From NCBI GenBank assembly GCA_965279375.1, contig OZ257156.1:2720001-2784000 (forward strand): a DNA stretch of 64,000 nt, written 5' to 3'. Under the pieces are notes generated by a model. That model made no database searches and was not told the DNA's origin. It saw only the letters and a program-made list of their open reading frames with translations. Shown here one piece after another: positions 1 through 8,980 of this stretch (positions are counted from its first letter, which is position 1; the number at the start of each line of letters is the position of its first letter). The translations under genes were made by a program, and so were the position numbers. This DNA comes from Gemmatimonas sp. GTDB lineage: Bacteria; Gemmatimonadota; Gemmatimonadetes; Gemmatimonadales; Gemmatimonadaceae.

Positions 1-3000
1 CGTACGCGACCCGCCGACACTGCTGATGCTCGCCGCAGGATCAAGGGTCGCCGTCGCCTGCGCCGCGCTGCCCCCCGCACGAAGTGCGGCGGTCATCTGC
101 TCTGCGGAGGCCAGCGGGGAGCGCACGTCCCGCACCCGAATCCGCGCCAGCGACTGCTCCAGCGTCGCGCTCCACGGCAGCACCACGGCGAACTGACGCT
201 CGTCGTGCGTGAGCTCATGGTCCACGCGGTCGGCCGTGATCGGCAGGTCGAGGAGCGTGCCGCCCTGCGCGTCGAGCAGTTCGACCCGGTGCGAGGCACG
301 TGCGGGCGTGGCCGACGCCGGCGCCTTCACGCGGAACGACGGCTCGAGGATGACGCGCCCGTCCACCACACGTCCCCACACCAGCAACCCTTCAGTGGCC
401 GCCTGCGTCCGCAGCGCGGCCGTCTGGAAGCCGTTGGCCTGACGGTATTCGAGGATCTTGGTCCAGGTCCAGTCGCTGATCCACTGGTTGTTGCAGTAGC
501 CCATGACGTCGGTCGCGCTCGTCGACACGAGCGTATTGGTCAGCGAGTTCCAGCCGTACATGCCGATGACGCCGCCCGGGTACGGATACGCCGGATCACC
601 GGAGACATCGCAGGGCGAATGCGGACGGGAGAAGTTGTGCCCCCACTCATGCACCGCGACCTCGTCGCCGCTCGGCAGGTAGTCCCACCCGATGGCCGCA
701 CGACCGGGCACGTAGCCATAGCCCGCAACTCCGCTGTTGTAGCTGACCTTCACCACGCCGTAGTAGTGCATCGTGGCCGGAGCGCCGTCGGTGGTGCGGA
801 GCGCGTTCATCTCGCTCAGCACCGTGAGCCAGGCACCGTTCCCATCACTGGCCTGCAGTGCCGCAGCACTGGAGCTGAACGGCGCGCGCACATCGGAGAC
901 CACATCGCGGATGGGCATGTAGCGCCGCGTGGAGGTCAGGAACCCTTCCTTGTTGGCCTCCGACACGTTGCCCGTGGCGCCGGCGATGGTGACCGGCACG
1001 AAGCGTACGTTGAAGGCCGGGACCGTGGCCACGGAAATGGTCTGCGGCGTTCCGCCACGCGGCCACACGTTGTCGGTGCGGTCGGTTTCGGTGATGGCTT
1101 GGTTCGGGTCCAACTCCACAAGCACCTTGAGCGTCGCGCGGACATTGGCCGCCGGGACGATCGTGTTCCACGTGGAAGCGAGGACGCCTTCGCTGCTGGT
1201 GGTGCGGATGCTGGCTTCCGGCGCCGTCAGCACGACCGTCTGCAGCAGCGTGGCGCCGTCGTAGATGCGCACGCGTACGTCGGGACGCTGCGTGTTGGCC
1301 TGACTCGCAGTCACGAAGACGCGGAGCAGGGCATCACGATTCGCCACCAGCGTTACGCCGCCGTCGGGGCGTTGCGTCGCCTGGGTGAGATAGACGTTCT
1401 CGACGGCCATGTTGAACACGCCGGTGTTTCCGCTTGAGTAACTGAGCGTGGCCGTTGAGGTCCCACCCGCCGTGATCACGATCGGGACGGACGTCGGGTT
1501 GGGCACGTACGTGGTGCCGCCTGAGGAGACGTTGTTGGCGTTCAGCGTATACGTACCCGCGACCACCGGATCGATCGTGGCGGTGCCGATGATGGTGGTG
1601 CTGCCGTTCGCGCCCGTGAGCGTGAACGACGGATTGGCATTCTGCGGCAACCCGGTCACACTGAAGGCGAGACGGCCCGTACTCGCGCCGCCGCTCGAGG
1701 TGTAGGTGAACGCCGCGAAGGTGGTGGCGTTGATGTTGACCGTGAGCGCGCGACTCGCCGGTGCCGGCGTGTACGATACGCCGTTCGCAGTCACGGTGGC
1801 GGCGGTCATCGTGTACGAGCCGGCCGGCACGGTGAGCACCGCGGTGCCGTTGACGGCGGTCGAGCCGTTGGGACCCGTGAGCACGAACGTCGGCATCACG
1901 CCCGCCGGCATGCCGGTGAGATTGAAGGCGATGCGCCCGCCCGGAACGGCGTACGCCACGGTGGCCGGCGCCGCCACAAGCGACGCGGACACGACTACCT
2001 GCTGCGAGGTGGGCGCTGCCGTGTACGGCAGGCCACCAATCGTGACACTGGCGGCGGTCACGGTGTACGTGCCGGGTACGAGCCCCGCGACGGTCTGCGT
2101 GGTCGTCACCACCGAGCGATAACTATTGGGACCGGTGATCGTGAGCGAGCCTTGCCCGCCCTGCGGCAGACCGGTGATCGCCACGGCGATCGCGCCGGTG
2201 GTCAACGTGTACTGCACGGGCAAGCGCAACGTGTCGCCGAGCGCGACGGTCGTATCCGCGCTGGCGGGGGAAGCGCGATAGATGTAGCCGGCGTAGTTGA
2301 CGGTACCGGCGGTCATGCGCCACCGACCCGACTCGGCCGGCGAGATGCGCGACGTGGTCGTCACGGAGACGTCCTGACCACTCGGCGATGTGAGCGTGAT
2401 GTTGGCGGGCGTACCGCTCGCCAATCCGGTGACGTTCACGTCCACGACAGCGGGAAGCGGCGCATAGGTGACAGTCGCCGTGACGACGGCGCCGCCCGCG
2501 ACGATGTCCACACCTTGCGATGCGGGCGTTGCCGCATAGGTGCCGCCGCTCGTGCGCACGTTGCGCGCGGAGACGGTGTAGCGACCCGGCGAAAGCGCCG
2601 TGAGCGTCAGGCCGGCGCTTGCAACGCGCGAGAAGCCGCCGGGGCCAGTGATGGTGATGTCAGCGTTGACGCCGTTTGGCAGCCCGGACGTGGCCAGCGT
2701 GAGTACACCGGTTGTGATCGCGTACGCAAAGCGCGCGTTTGCCGTCGTACGTGCGCCGACTGCCAGTGAGACGGTGGGCACCAACGGCGCGTATGCAAAG
2801 CCGCCCGCGGTGACAGACGCTCCGGTGACCGTGTAGTTGCCGGGCACCAGCGAATCGATCGTGGCATCACCGGTGATGGTGCGCGAGCCGTTGCTGCCGG
2901 TCAGCGTGTAGACAGGCACAGCGCCCGCCGGCACGCCGGTCGATGCGATGACGATGCTGCCAACCTGCGCGCTGTACTGCACGAGAGCCGGCGCGGCGAC

Positions 3001-3897
3001 GAGCGTGGCACTGACGGTGATCGTCTGCGTGGCCTGCGCCGGTGCGAAGCTGATGCCGCCGATAGTCAGCGCGGGCGCCGACACGACGTAGATGCCCGGC
3101 GCCAGATCGGTGAGCGTCTCGGTGCGGGTGAGCGTGCGATTGAAGGTGCCCGGGCCGGTCACGGTCACGGTGGTGGTGGCGCCGGCGGGAAGTCCGGTGA
3201 TTGCCACGGCGAGCGCGCCGGTGCTCAGGGAGTACGCCACTGGAAAGCGCAGCGTGTCGCCAGGCACGGCCTCGGCCTCGCCTCCAACCGGCGTGGGCGT
3301 GTACGTGTAGCCCCCGTTCGATACGGGCTGCGCGTTCATCAACCACTTACCTGCGGCGGCGGGGCTGATCAGCATCGATGTGGTGACGACCATGTCGCCC
3401 CCGGTCGGCGGCGTGAGACGCACCAACGAGGCGACACCCTGCGGCAGTCCCGTGACCGTCACGTCGATCGCGGCAGCGACTGCGGCGTAGGCGACGAGTG
3501 CGCTCGTCGGCGGGCCGGCGGAGACATCGATGTTCTGCGTGGCTGTCTGCGGCGCATACGTTCCTTTGTCGGCACCGCCCGAGACCTTCACGGTGCTCGC
3601 CGTGATCGTGTAGCGCCCCGGCGCGAGCTCGGCGAGCGTGCCCGACGTCGTCATTGGGCGACTGAAGCCCGACGGCCCTGTCACCGTGAGGTTGGCCGCC
3701 ACGCCAAACGGCAGGCCGGAGACGGTGATCGCGAGCGCGCCGTTCGTGACGGGCGCAGGTTGCACCACCCCACCGCCGCCATTGGATCCGCCCGACGGTG
3801 ACGTCGGCGCTTCGCTAGCGGAGCAGGCAGCGAACATGACAGCGCTGACGGCGAGAGCCGAGAGCGAACGTAGCGTGCGGCCGACGAGGAGTTGCAT
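1..3897 (-). CDS. Large lipoprotein zinc metalloprotease (peptidase M66-like metzincin) with 9 tandem Ig-like repeats; 3' end lies outside the window
   Basis: Not in the ORF track because it has no stop inside the window. Manual translation from ATG 3897 gives MQLLVGRTLRSLSALAVSAVMFAACSAS (lipobox FAAC). The same frame gives HEWGHNFSRPH at 651-619 followed by a DVMGY Met-turn, and is open at the window edge. The + strand ORFs here read as antisense shadows. Confidence 0.88.
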   Translation of the reverse strand, partial: MQLLVGRTLRSLSALAVSAVMFAACSASEAPTSPSGGSNGGGGVVQPAPVTNGALAITVSGLPFGVAANLTVTGPSGFSRPMTTSGTLAELAPGRYTITASTVKVSGGADKGTYAPQTATQNIDVSAGPPTSALVAYAAVAAAIDVTVTGLPQGVASLVRLTPPTGGDMVVTTSMLISPAAAGKWLMNAQPVSNGGYTYTPTPVGGEAEAVPGDTLRFPVAYSLSTGALAVAITGLPAGATTTVTVTGPGTFNRTLTRTETLTDLAPGIYVVSAPALTIGGISFAPAQATQTITVSATLVAAPALVQYSAQVGSIVIASTGVPAGAVPVYTLTGSNGSRTITGDATIDSLVPGNYTVTGASVTAGGFAYAPLVPTVSLAVGARTTANARFAYAITTGVLTLATSGLPNGVNADITITGPGGFSRVASAGLTLTALSPGRYTVSARNVRTSGGTYAATPASQGVDIVAGGAVVTATVTYAPLPAVVDVNVTGLASGTPANITLTSPSGQDVSVTTTSRISPAESGRWRMTAGTVNYAGYIYRASPASADTTVALGDTLRLPVQYTLTTGAIAVAITGLPQGGQGSLTITGPNSYRSVVTTTQTVAGLVPGTYTVTAASVTIGGLPYTAAPTSQQVVVSASLVAAPATVAYAVPGGRIAFNLTGMPAGVMPTFVLTGPNGSTAVNGTAVLTVPAGSYTMTAATVTANGVSYTPAPASRALTVNINATTFAAFTYTSSGGASTGRLAFSVTGLPQNANPSFTLTGANGSTTIIGTATIDPVVAGTYTLNANNVSSGGTTYVPNPTSVPIVITAGGTSTATLSYSSGNTGVFNMAVENVYLTQATQRPDGGVTLVANRDALLRVFVTASQANTQRPDVRVRIYDGATLLQTVVLTAPEASIRTTSSEGVLASTWNTIVPAANVRATLKVLVELDPNQAITETDRTDNVWPRGGTPQTISVATVPAFNVRFVPVTIAGATGNVSEANKEGFLTSTRRYMPIRDVVSDVRAPFSSSAAALQASDGNGAWLTVLSEMNALRTTDGAPATMHYYGVVKVSYNSGVAGYGYVPGRAAIGWDYLPSGDEVAVHEWGHNFSRPHSPCDVSGDPAYPYPGGVIGMYGWNSLTNTLVSTSATDVMGYCNNQWISDWTWTKILEYRQANGFQTAALRTQAATEGLLVWGRVVDGRVILEPSFRVKAPASATPARASHRVELLDAQGGTLLDLPITADRVDHELTHDERQFAVVLPWSATLEQSLARIRVRDVRSPLASAEQMTAALRAGGSAAQATATLDPAASISSVGGSRT
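1440..3745 (-). repeat. Nine ~85-aa protein-level tandem repeats (GxLxVxxTGLPxG...VTxTGPxG...PGxYTV)
   Basis: Units begin near 3745 (GALAITVSGLP), 3480, 3225, 2965, 2715, 2450, 2200, 1940 and 1680 (GRLAFSVTGLP), a period of roughly 255-265 nt. Confidence 0.8.
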
Positions 3898-4099
3898 TGC
3901 AGGGCAGTCGTGGAGAGCGACAATGACAGCGCATCTGCCGCGTTGCGCGGTAGAGCATCTCTCCGGGGACGACCCTGCTTGGCGAATGGTTCGCCGTGTG
4001 CCAGCGGTGTGACGGTTCGGCTGGCAGTGAAACGAAACGTGCGGTGACTCGAGCCGAAGCCCGAATCACCGCACGTTGTCTGCCTGCGTTTGCTGTTGT

Positions 4100-5395
4100 T
4101 TAGAACAGCATCATCATCGGCGATTCGAGCAGCTGCCGCACGGTCTGCAGGAACTTGGCGCCCACCGCACCGTCGATGACGCGGTGATCGCAGCTGAGCG
4201 TGACACGCATGCGCTGCCGCGGTACGAACGCGCCGTTTACCCACACCGGCTTCGTTTCCATGCCGCCGATCGCAAGAATCGCCGCTTCGGGCGGGTTGAT
4301 GATCGCCGTGAACTGATCGATCCCGAACATGCCAAGGTTGGAGACGGAGAACGTGCTGCCGGAGTATTCGGCCGGCGACAGCTTCCGTTCGCGTGCGCGC
4401 TTGGCCAACTCACGCGCCTCGCGGCCGATCTGTCCAAGCCCCTTGGTGTGCGCGTCGGTGATGACCGGAACGATCAGGCCATCATCGGTGGCGACGGCCA
4501 TGCCGAGATGCACGCGTGCGAAGTAGCGGATATGGTCGCCGTTCCAGTGCGCATTCACTTCAGGATGACGCGAGAGCGCGATCGCGACCGACTTCATCAC
4601 GATATCGTTGACCGACACCTTGAACTGATCGCCAGCGGCCACCATCTGCTCGCGCAGCTCGGTGACCTTGGTCATGTCGATTTCCGATGTGAGATAGAAC
4701 GTCGGAATCGGGCCGATCGACTCGCTGAGACGACGCGCGATGGTTTTGCGCATCTGCGTCAGCGGTACGTCCTTGAAGTCGCCATCGATCACCATGGCCG
4801 GCGCGCTTGGTGCGGTCGGCTTGGAGGAAGACGACGGCGCGGCAGCGGCAGCGGGTGCCGCGCTCTTCGCGCTGGCGCTTCCGGTGACCACGGCGCTCTC
4901 GATGTCGCGACGGATCACGCGACCGTTAGGTCCCGTGCCCTGCACCTGGTCGAGTGCGACGCCTCGTTCGGCCGCGATGCGCCGCGCGAGCGGAGAAGAG
5001 CGTACCGGTCCGCTTGGCGCCACGGGTTCCGCGACGGCCGTTGCAGCAGCGACAGTCGCTGCTGCTGCAGGCGCTGCTGCCGCCGCAGCCGGTGCAGCAG
5101 CTGGTGCCGCAGCGGCCGCAGGCGCAGCTCCGCCGGTCAATGCCGCGATGTCTTCATCGGCACCGGCGATGATACCGATCGTCTGACCGATCGGGGCCAC
5201 CGCGCCCTCCTCGACGAGACGCGCGCGCAGCACACCGTCGCCGCGTGCGACCAGTTCCATGATGGCCTTGTCAGTCTCGACTTCGGCGAGGGTGTCACCG
5301 CTCTTCACGGCGTCACCGACGTTCTTGAGCCACTTCACCAGGCGCCCTTCTTCCATAGTCGGAGAGAGCGCCTCCATCATCACTTTGGTTGCCAT
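4100..5395 (-). CDS. pdhC: Pyruvate dehydrogenase E2, dihydrolipoamide acetyltransferase (single lipoyl domain)
   Basis: Lipoyl motif ETDKA, Ala/Pro linkers, E3-binding SSPLARRIA...GTGPNGRV, catalytic DHRVIDG. Confidence 0.96.
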   Translation of the reverse strand: MATKVMMEALSPTMEEGRLVKWLKNVGDAVKSGDTLAEVETDKAIMELVARGDGVLRARLVEEGAVAPIGQTIGIIAGADEDIAALTGGAAPAAAAAPAAAPAAAAAAPAAAATVAAATAVAEPVAPSGPVRSSPLARRIAAERGVALDQVQGTGPNGRVIRRDIESAVVTGSASAKSAAPAAAAAPSSSSKPTAPSAPAMVIDGDFKDVPLTQMRKTIARRLSESIGPIPTFYLTSEIDMTKVTELREQMVAAGDQFKVSVNDIVMKSVAIALSRHPEVNAHWNGDHIRYFARVHLGMAVATDDGLIVPVITDAHTKGLGQIGREARELAKRARERKLSPAEYSGSTFSVSNLGMFGIDQFTAIINPPEAAILAIGGMETKPVWVNGAFVPRQRMRVTLSCDHRVIDGAVGAKFLQTVRQLLESPMMMLF

Positions 5396-5398
5396 GGC

Positions 5399-6379
5399 TC
5401 AGTCGAGGTAGAGGACCTGCTTGATCGCCGCGATCGTCTTCGGCAAATCGGGCTTGGCGGCCTTTTCGAGACTCTTCGTGTACGGCATCGGTGCATCGGC
5501 CTGATGCACGCGCAGCACCGGCGCATCGAGATAATCGAAGCAGTAACGCTGCACGTAGTCCACCACCTGCGCGCCTACGCCGCACACTTCCCACCCTTCT
5601 TCCACCACGACACAACGCGTCGTCTTGCGCACCGATTCGGCGATCGTGTCGACATCCATCGGACGGATCGTGCGCAGGTCGACGACCTCGCAGCTGATGC
5701 CTTCCTTGGCCATCGCTTCTGCGGCCTGCAACGCGACCAGCACCATCTTGCCGTGCGAAACGAGCGTCACCTGATCGCCGACACGCTTCACTTCCGCCTT
5801 GCCGAGCGGGATGATGTAGTCGGTGTCGGGCACTTCGCCCTTCGTGTTGTACAGCATTTCGCCTTCGAGGAAGCACACCGGATTGTCATCGCGGATGGCT
5901 GCCTTGAGCAAACCCTTGGCGTCGTACGGCGTGGCCGGCGCGACGACCTTGAGTCCGGGAATATGCGCGAGCCACGATTCCCATGCTTGGGAGTGCTGCG
6001 CGCCGAGCTGCAACGCGGCGCCGTTGGGGCCGCGGAACACCATCGGCATCGGGAATTGTCCTCCCGACATATACAGCATTTTCGCCGCCGCATTGACCAC
6101 TTGGTCGAGTGCGAGCAGCGCGAAGTTCCACGTCATGAATTCGATGATCGGACGCAGTCCCGCCATCGCGGCGCCGACACCGACGCCGGCGAAGCCGAGT
6201 TCGGTGATCGGAGTATCGACGACACGCATCTCGCCGAATTCCTGGAGCAGTCCCTTGGAGACCTTGTACGCGCCCTGATAGACGGCGACTTCTTCGCCCA
6301 TGAGGAAGACGCGATCGTCGCGTTGCATTTCTTCGCGGAGCGCCATGTTGAGCGCATCGCGGTACGTGATGACGGCCAT
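5399..6379 (-). CDS. pdhB: Pyruvate dehydrogenase E1 beta subunit
   Basis: GEEVAVYQGAYKV, VDTPITE, EFMTWNF, AQHSQ motifs; operon position. Confidence 0.97.
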   Translation of the reverse strand: MAVITYRDALNMALREEMQRDDRVFLMGEEVAVYQGAYKVSKGLLQEFGEMRVVDTPITELGFAGVGVGAAMAGLRPIIEFMTWNFALLALDQVVNAAAKMLYMSGGQFPMPMVFRGPNGAALQLGAQHSQAWESWLAHIPGLKVVAPATPYDAKGLLKAAIRDDNPVCFLEGEMLYNTKGEVPDTDYIIPLGKAEVKRVGDQVTLVSHGKMVLVALQAAEAMAKEGISCEVVDLRTIRPMDVDTIAESVRKTTRCVVVEEGWEVCGVGAQVVDYVQRYCFDYLDAPVLRVHQADAPMPYTKSLEKAAKPDLPKTIAAIKQVLYLD

Positions 6380-6393
6380 GTTCGTGTGCGCTC

Positions 6394-7458
6394 TCAGCTC
6401 GTGGTTTCGACCAGGATGTCTTCCATGAGCGCTTCGAGCGGAAGCTCAGGGCTCTGTTCAGCGAAGTCGATCGATTCCTGCACGATCTTCTTGATCTCCT
6501 CGTCCATCGCCGCCACATCAGCGGCCGTGATTTCACCGGCTTCTTCCATGCGCTCACGATGGAGCGCGATGGGATCGCGCTTGAGGTACTGCTCGAGCTC
6601 TTCCTTGGTGCGATAGGTACCGCTGACCGCGTCGCTCATCGAATGGCCCATGAAGCGATAGGTGCGGATTTCGAGCAGCGTGGGCGTGCTCGACTTGCGC
6701 GCGCGCTCGATCGCTTCAGCCGCCGCGGTGCGCACGGCGTGCACGTCCTGTCCGTCCACCACGTCGCGCGGCATGTCGTACGACGCGCCACGCTTGTAGA
6801 TGTCGTGAATCGCCGAGGCGCGCTCGACGGCGGTGCCCATGCCGTAGCGGTTGTTCTCGATGACGAAGATGCACGGCAACTTCCAGAGCGCGGCCATGTT
6901 CAGCGCTTCGTGGAAGGCGCCGTTGTTCACCGCCGCTTCGCCCATGAAGCAGACGATGACCTGATCGCCGCCGCGATACTTGATGGCGAATCCAACACCG
7001 GCGGCAATCGGAATGTGACCGCCGACGATGCCGTGTCCGCCGAGGAAGCCTAGCTGCTTGTCGAACATGTGCATGGAGCCGCCCTTGCCGCGCGCGCATC
7101 CATCCTGTCGTCCGAACAACTCAGCCATCACCGCCTTGGGGGTCATGCCACGCGCGAGCGCCTGTCCGTGATCACGGTACGTCGTGATCATGTAGTCGTC
7201 GGGGCGCAGCACGGCGCAGAAGCCTGTGGAGATGGCCTCCTGTCCGATGTACAAATGGCAAAACCCGCCGATGCGGCCGATGGCATACATCTCGGCGCAC
7301 CGCTCTTCGAAGCGGCGCTGCATCAGCATGGAGTAGAGCAGGTCGCGATTGAGCGACGCGCTGTCAGCGCCCGCTTCGGTCGCTACGGCAGGGGCCGCAT
7401 CCGCACCATTCGCGGCACGGCGTCCCTCGCTCGTCTTGCGTGATTTTGTTGTGCTCAT
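6394..7458 (-). CDS. pdhA: Pyruvate dehydrogenase E1 alpha subunit
   Basis: GFCHLYIGQEA, GKGGSMH, GEAA...ENNRY (TPP-binding), YRFMGHSMSD. Start set to ATG 7458 (MSTTK). Confidence 0.96.
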   Translation of the reverse strand: MSTTKSRKTSEGRRAANGADAAPAVATEAGADSASLNRDLLYSMLMQRRFEERCAEMYAIGRIGGFCHLYIGQEAISTGFCAVLRPDDYMITTYRDHGQALARGMTPKAVMAELFGRQDGCARGKGGSMHMFDKQLGFLGGHGIVGGHIPIAAGVGFAIKYRGGDQVIVCFMGEAAVNNGAFHEALNMAALWKLPCIFVIENNRYGMGTAVERASAIHDIYKRGASYDMPRDVVDGQDVHAVRTAAAEAIERARKSSTPTLLEIRTYRFMGHSMSDAVSGTYRTKEELEQYLKRDPIALHRERMEEAGEITAADVAAMDEEIKKIVQESIDFAEQSPELPLEALMEDILVETTS

Positions 7459-7485
7459 TCGTGGTGTTTGGACGGAGGACCGGCT

Positions 7486-7559
7486 GTTCACTGCGAAGTT
7501 CAACGCGAAGTTCACTGCGAGTTGAGCGCGTCGACTGACGCGTCAGAAAACGCGTCAGA
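7486..7559. repeat. 12-nt tandem repeats plus a palindrome between lipA and pdhA
   Basis: GTTCACTGCGAA / GTTCAACGCGAA / GTTCACTGCGAG at 7486-7521; perfect palindrome CTGACGCGTCAG at 7535-7546; ACGCGTCAGA at 7538 and again at 7550. Confidence 0.7.
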
Positions 7560-8463
7560 CGCCTGCGGCTTGCACCTGCTCCCACGCGTGATAGCTCGAG
7601 CGCACGAGCGGACCGCTTTCGACGTGACGGAAGCCGAGGCTCATGCCCACGTCGTAGAGCTCCTTGAACTCCGCCGGGGTGACGTAGCGATCGAGTGCGA
7701 TGTGCCCGTCGGAAGGACGCAGGTACTGGCCAAGCGTCAGGATGTCCACGTCAACGCTGCGGAGATCCTTCATGACTTCGATGACTTCCTGATTCGTCTC
7801 GCCGAGTCCGAGAATGATCCCCGTCTTGGTGGGGACGTCTGGCGCGATCCGCTTGGCGATACGGAAGATTTCGAGCAGCCGCTCATAGCGACCACCCGGG
7901 CGCGCCTTCTTGTAGAGGCGCGGCACGGTTTCCGTGTTGTGGTTGTAGATGTCCGGTCGCGCCTCGAGGACGGCGCGGATGGAGTCTTCGTTGCCTTGAA
8001 AGTCCGGGACCAGCACCTCGATGGAGCAGCTGGGAAGCTTGGCGCGGATCTGCCGGATTGTTTCGGCAAAGATGTACGCACCGAAGTCCGGGAGGTCGTC
8101 GCGATCCACGGACGTGATGACCGCGTGACGCAGGTTGAGCTCGGCGATCGCCTGGGCGACGCGCGACGGCTCTTCGATGTCGTAGGCCGGCGGCCGACCG
8201 TGCGACACGGCACAGTAGGCGCAGTTTCGGGTGCAGACATCGCCCAAAATCATGAAGGTGGCAGTGCCGTGCTCCCAGCACTCGCCGATGTTCGGGCAAT
8301 GCGCTTCCTGACAGACCGTGTGCAGGTTGAGATCCTGCATCATCTGTTTGAGGCGGATGTAGTTGCTGCCGCCCGGCGCCTTCACCTTGAGCCATTGGGG
8401 CTTCCGCTCAGGGAGCGGGTCCCGCCGATGGCGCCCCATGATCTGATGCAGCTGCTCGGCCAT
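7555..8463 (-). CDS. lipA: Lipoyl synthase
   Basis: CQEAHCPNIGEC auxiliary-cluster motif, CTRNCAYC radical-SAM motif, C-terminal RSSY. Start ATG 8463. Confidence 0.97.
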   Translation of the reverse strand: MAEQLHQIMGRHRRDPLPERKPQWLKVKAPGGSNYIRLKQMMQDLNLHTVCQEAHCPNIGECWEHGTATFMILGDVCTRNCAYCAVSHGRPPAYDIEEPSRVAQAIAELNLRHAVITSVDRDDLPDFGAYIFAETIRQIRAKLPSCSIEVLVPDFQGNEDSIRAVLEARPDIYNHNTETVPRLYKKARPGGRYERLLEIFRIAKRIAPDVPTKTGIILGLGETNQEVIEVMKDLRSVDVDILTLGQYLRPSDGHIALDRYVTPAEFKELYDVGMSLGFRHVESGPLVRSSYHAWEQVQAAGV

Positions 8464-8663
8464 ATCGCGCAGTTTCAGAGAAAACGGGCGGCGGCGAATA
8501 CCGGAGCCCGAGCCGGAAGGTAGTTCGGTGTACCACGTCTGGCCACAAGATGCTAACCGTCTTTGACGGTTTAGCCGGAACTCCGTAACTGTGCCAGTGG
8601 CGAAACTCACCGATGAGACTATCGTAGGGGCGTCAGAACTCATCACCGCCCGAGGATTTTCCC

Positions 8664-8879
8664 ATGCTTCGCAACCTGTTCACCATCGGCATCATCGCCT
8701 TGATCGGGCTCATCGCGCTCAAGGTCGTGTTCGGGCTGCTGGGCCCGCTTGTCGCACTGCTGCTCTGGCTGGCCGGACTGGCCGTGAAGGTCGCGCTCGT
8801 GGGCGCGATCGGCTACGTCGCCCTGCGAATCGTCAGTCCGTCGACCGCCGAACGCCTGACTTCAGGCTTCCGCAAGTAG
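8664..8879 (+). CDS. Small two-TM membrane protein (71 aa)
   Basis: Hydrophobic ORF, GAGG RBS upstream, terminator downstream. Confidence 0.75.
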   Translation: MLRNLFTIGIIALIGLIALKVVFGLLGPLVALLLWLAGLAVKVALVGAIGYVALRIVSPSTAERLTSGFRK

Positions 8880-8948
8880 CCACTCTGCGCCGGCGCGCGC
8901 GTAGGCGCCGAGGTAGAGCTCGGCCGAGAGAGTGCGTCGCGACAAGAG

Positions 8949-8979
8949 AAAGCGGGGCGGCATGTTGCCGCCCCGCTTT
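8949..8979. terminator. Bidirectional intrinsic terminator
   Basis: Perfect 14-bp inverted repeat AAAGCGGGGCGGCA-tgt-TGCCGCCCCGCTTT between convergent genes. Confidence 0.85.
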
Positions 8980-8980
8980 G

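Noticed and set aside
4076..6616. 846-aa + strand ORF and similar long antisense ORFs (7468-8523, 31619-33520, 52067-53386, 57513-58871; 59413-60858 on minus)
   Set aside because: They lie opposite well-supported genes, have Arg/His-rich composition with no recognisable motifs, and are typical shadow ORFs of high-GC codon bias.
7486..7521. CRISPR-like or iteron array
   Set aside because: Units are 12 nt, directly adjacent with no spacers, only three copies, and no cas or rep genes are present.
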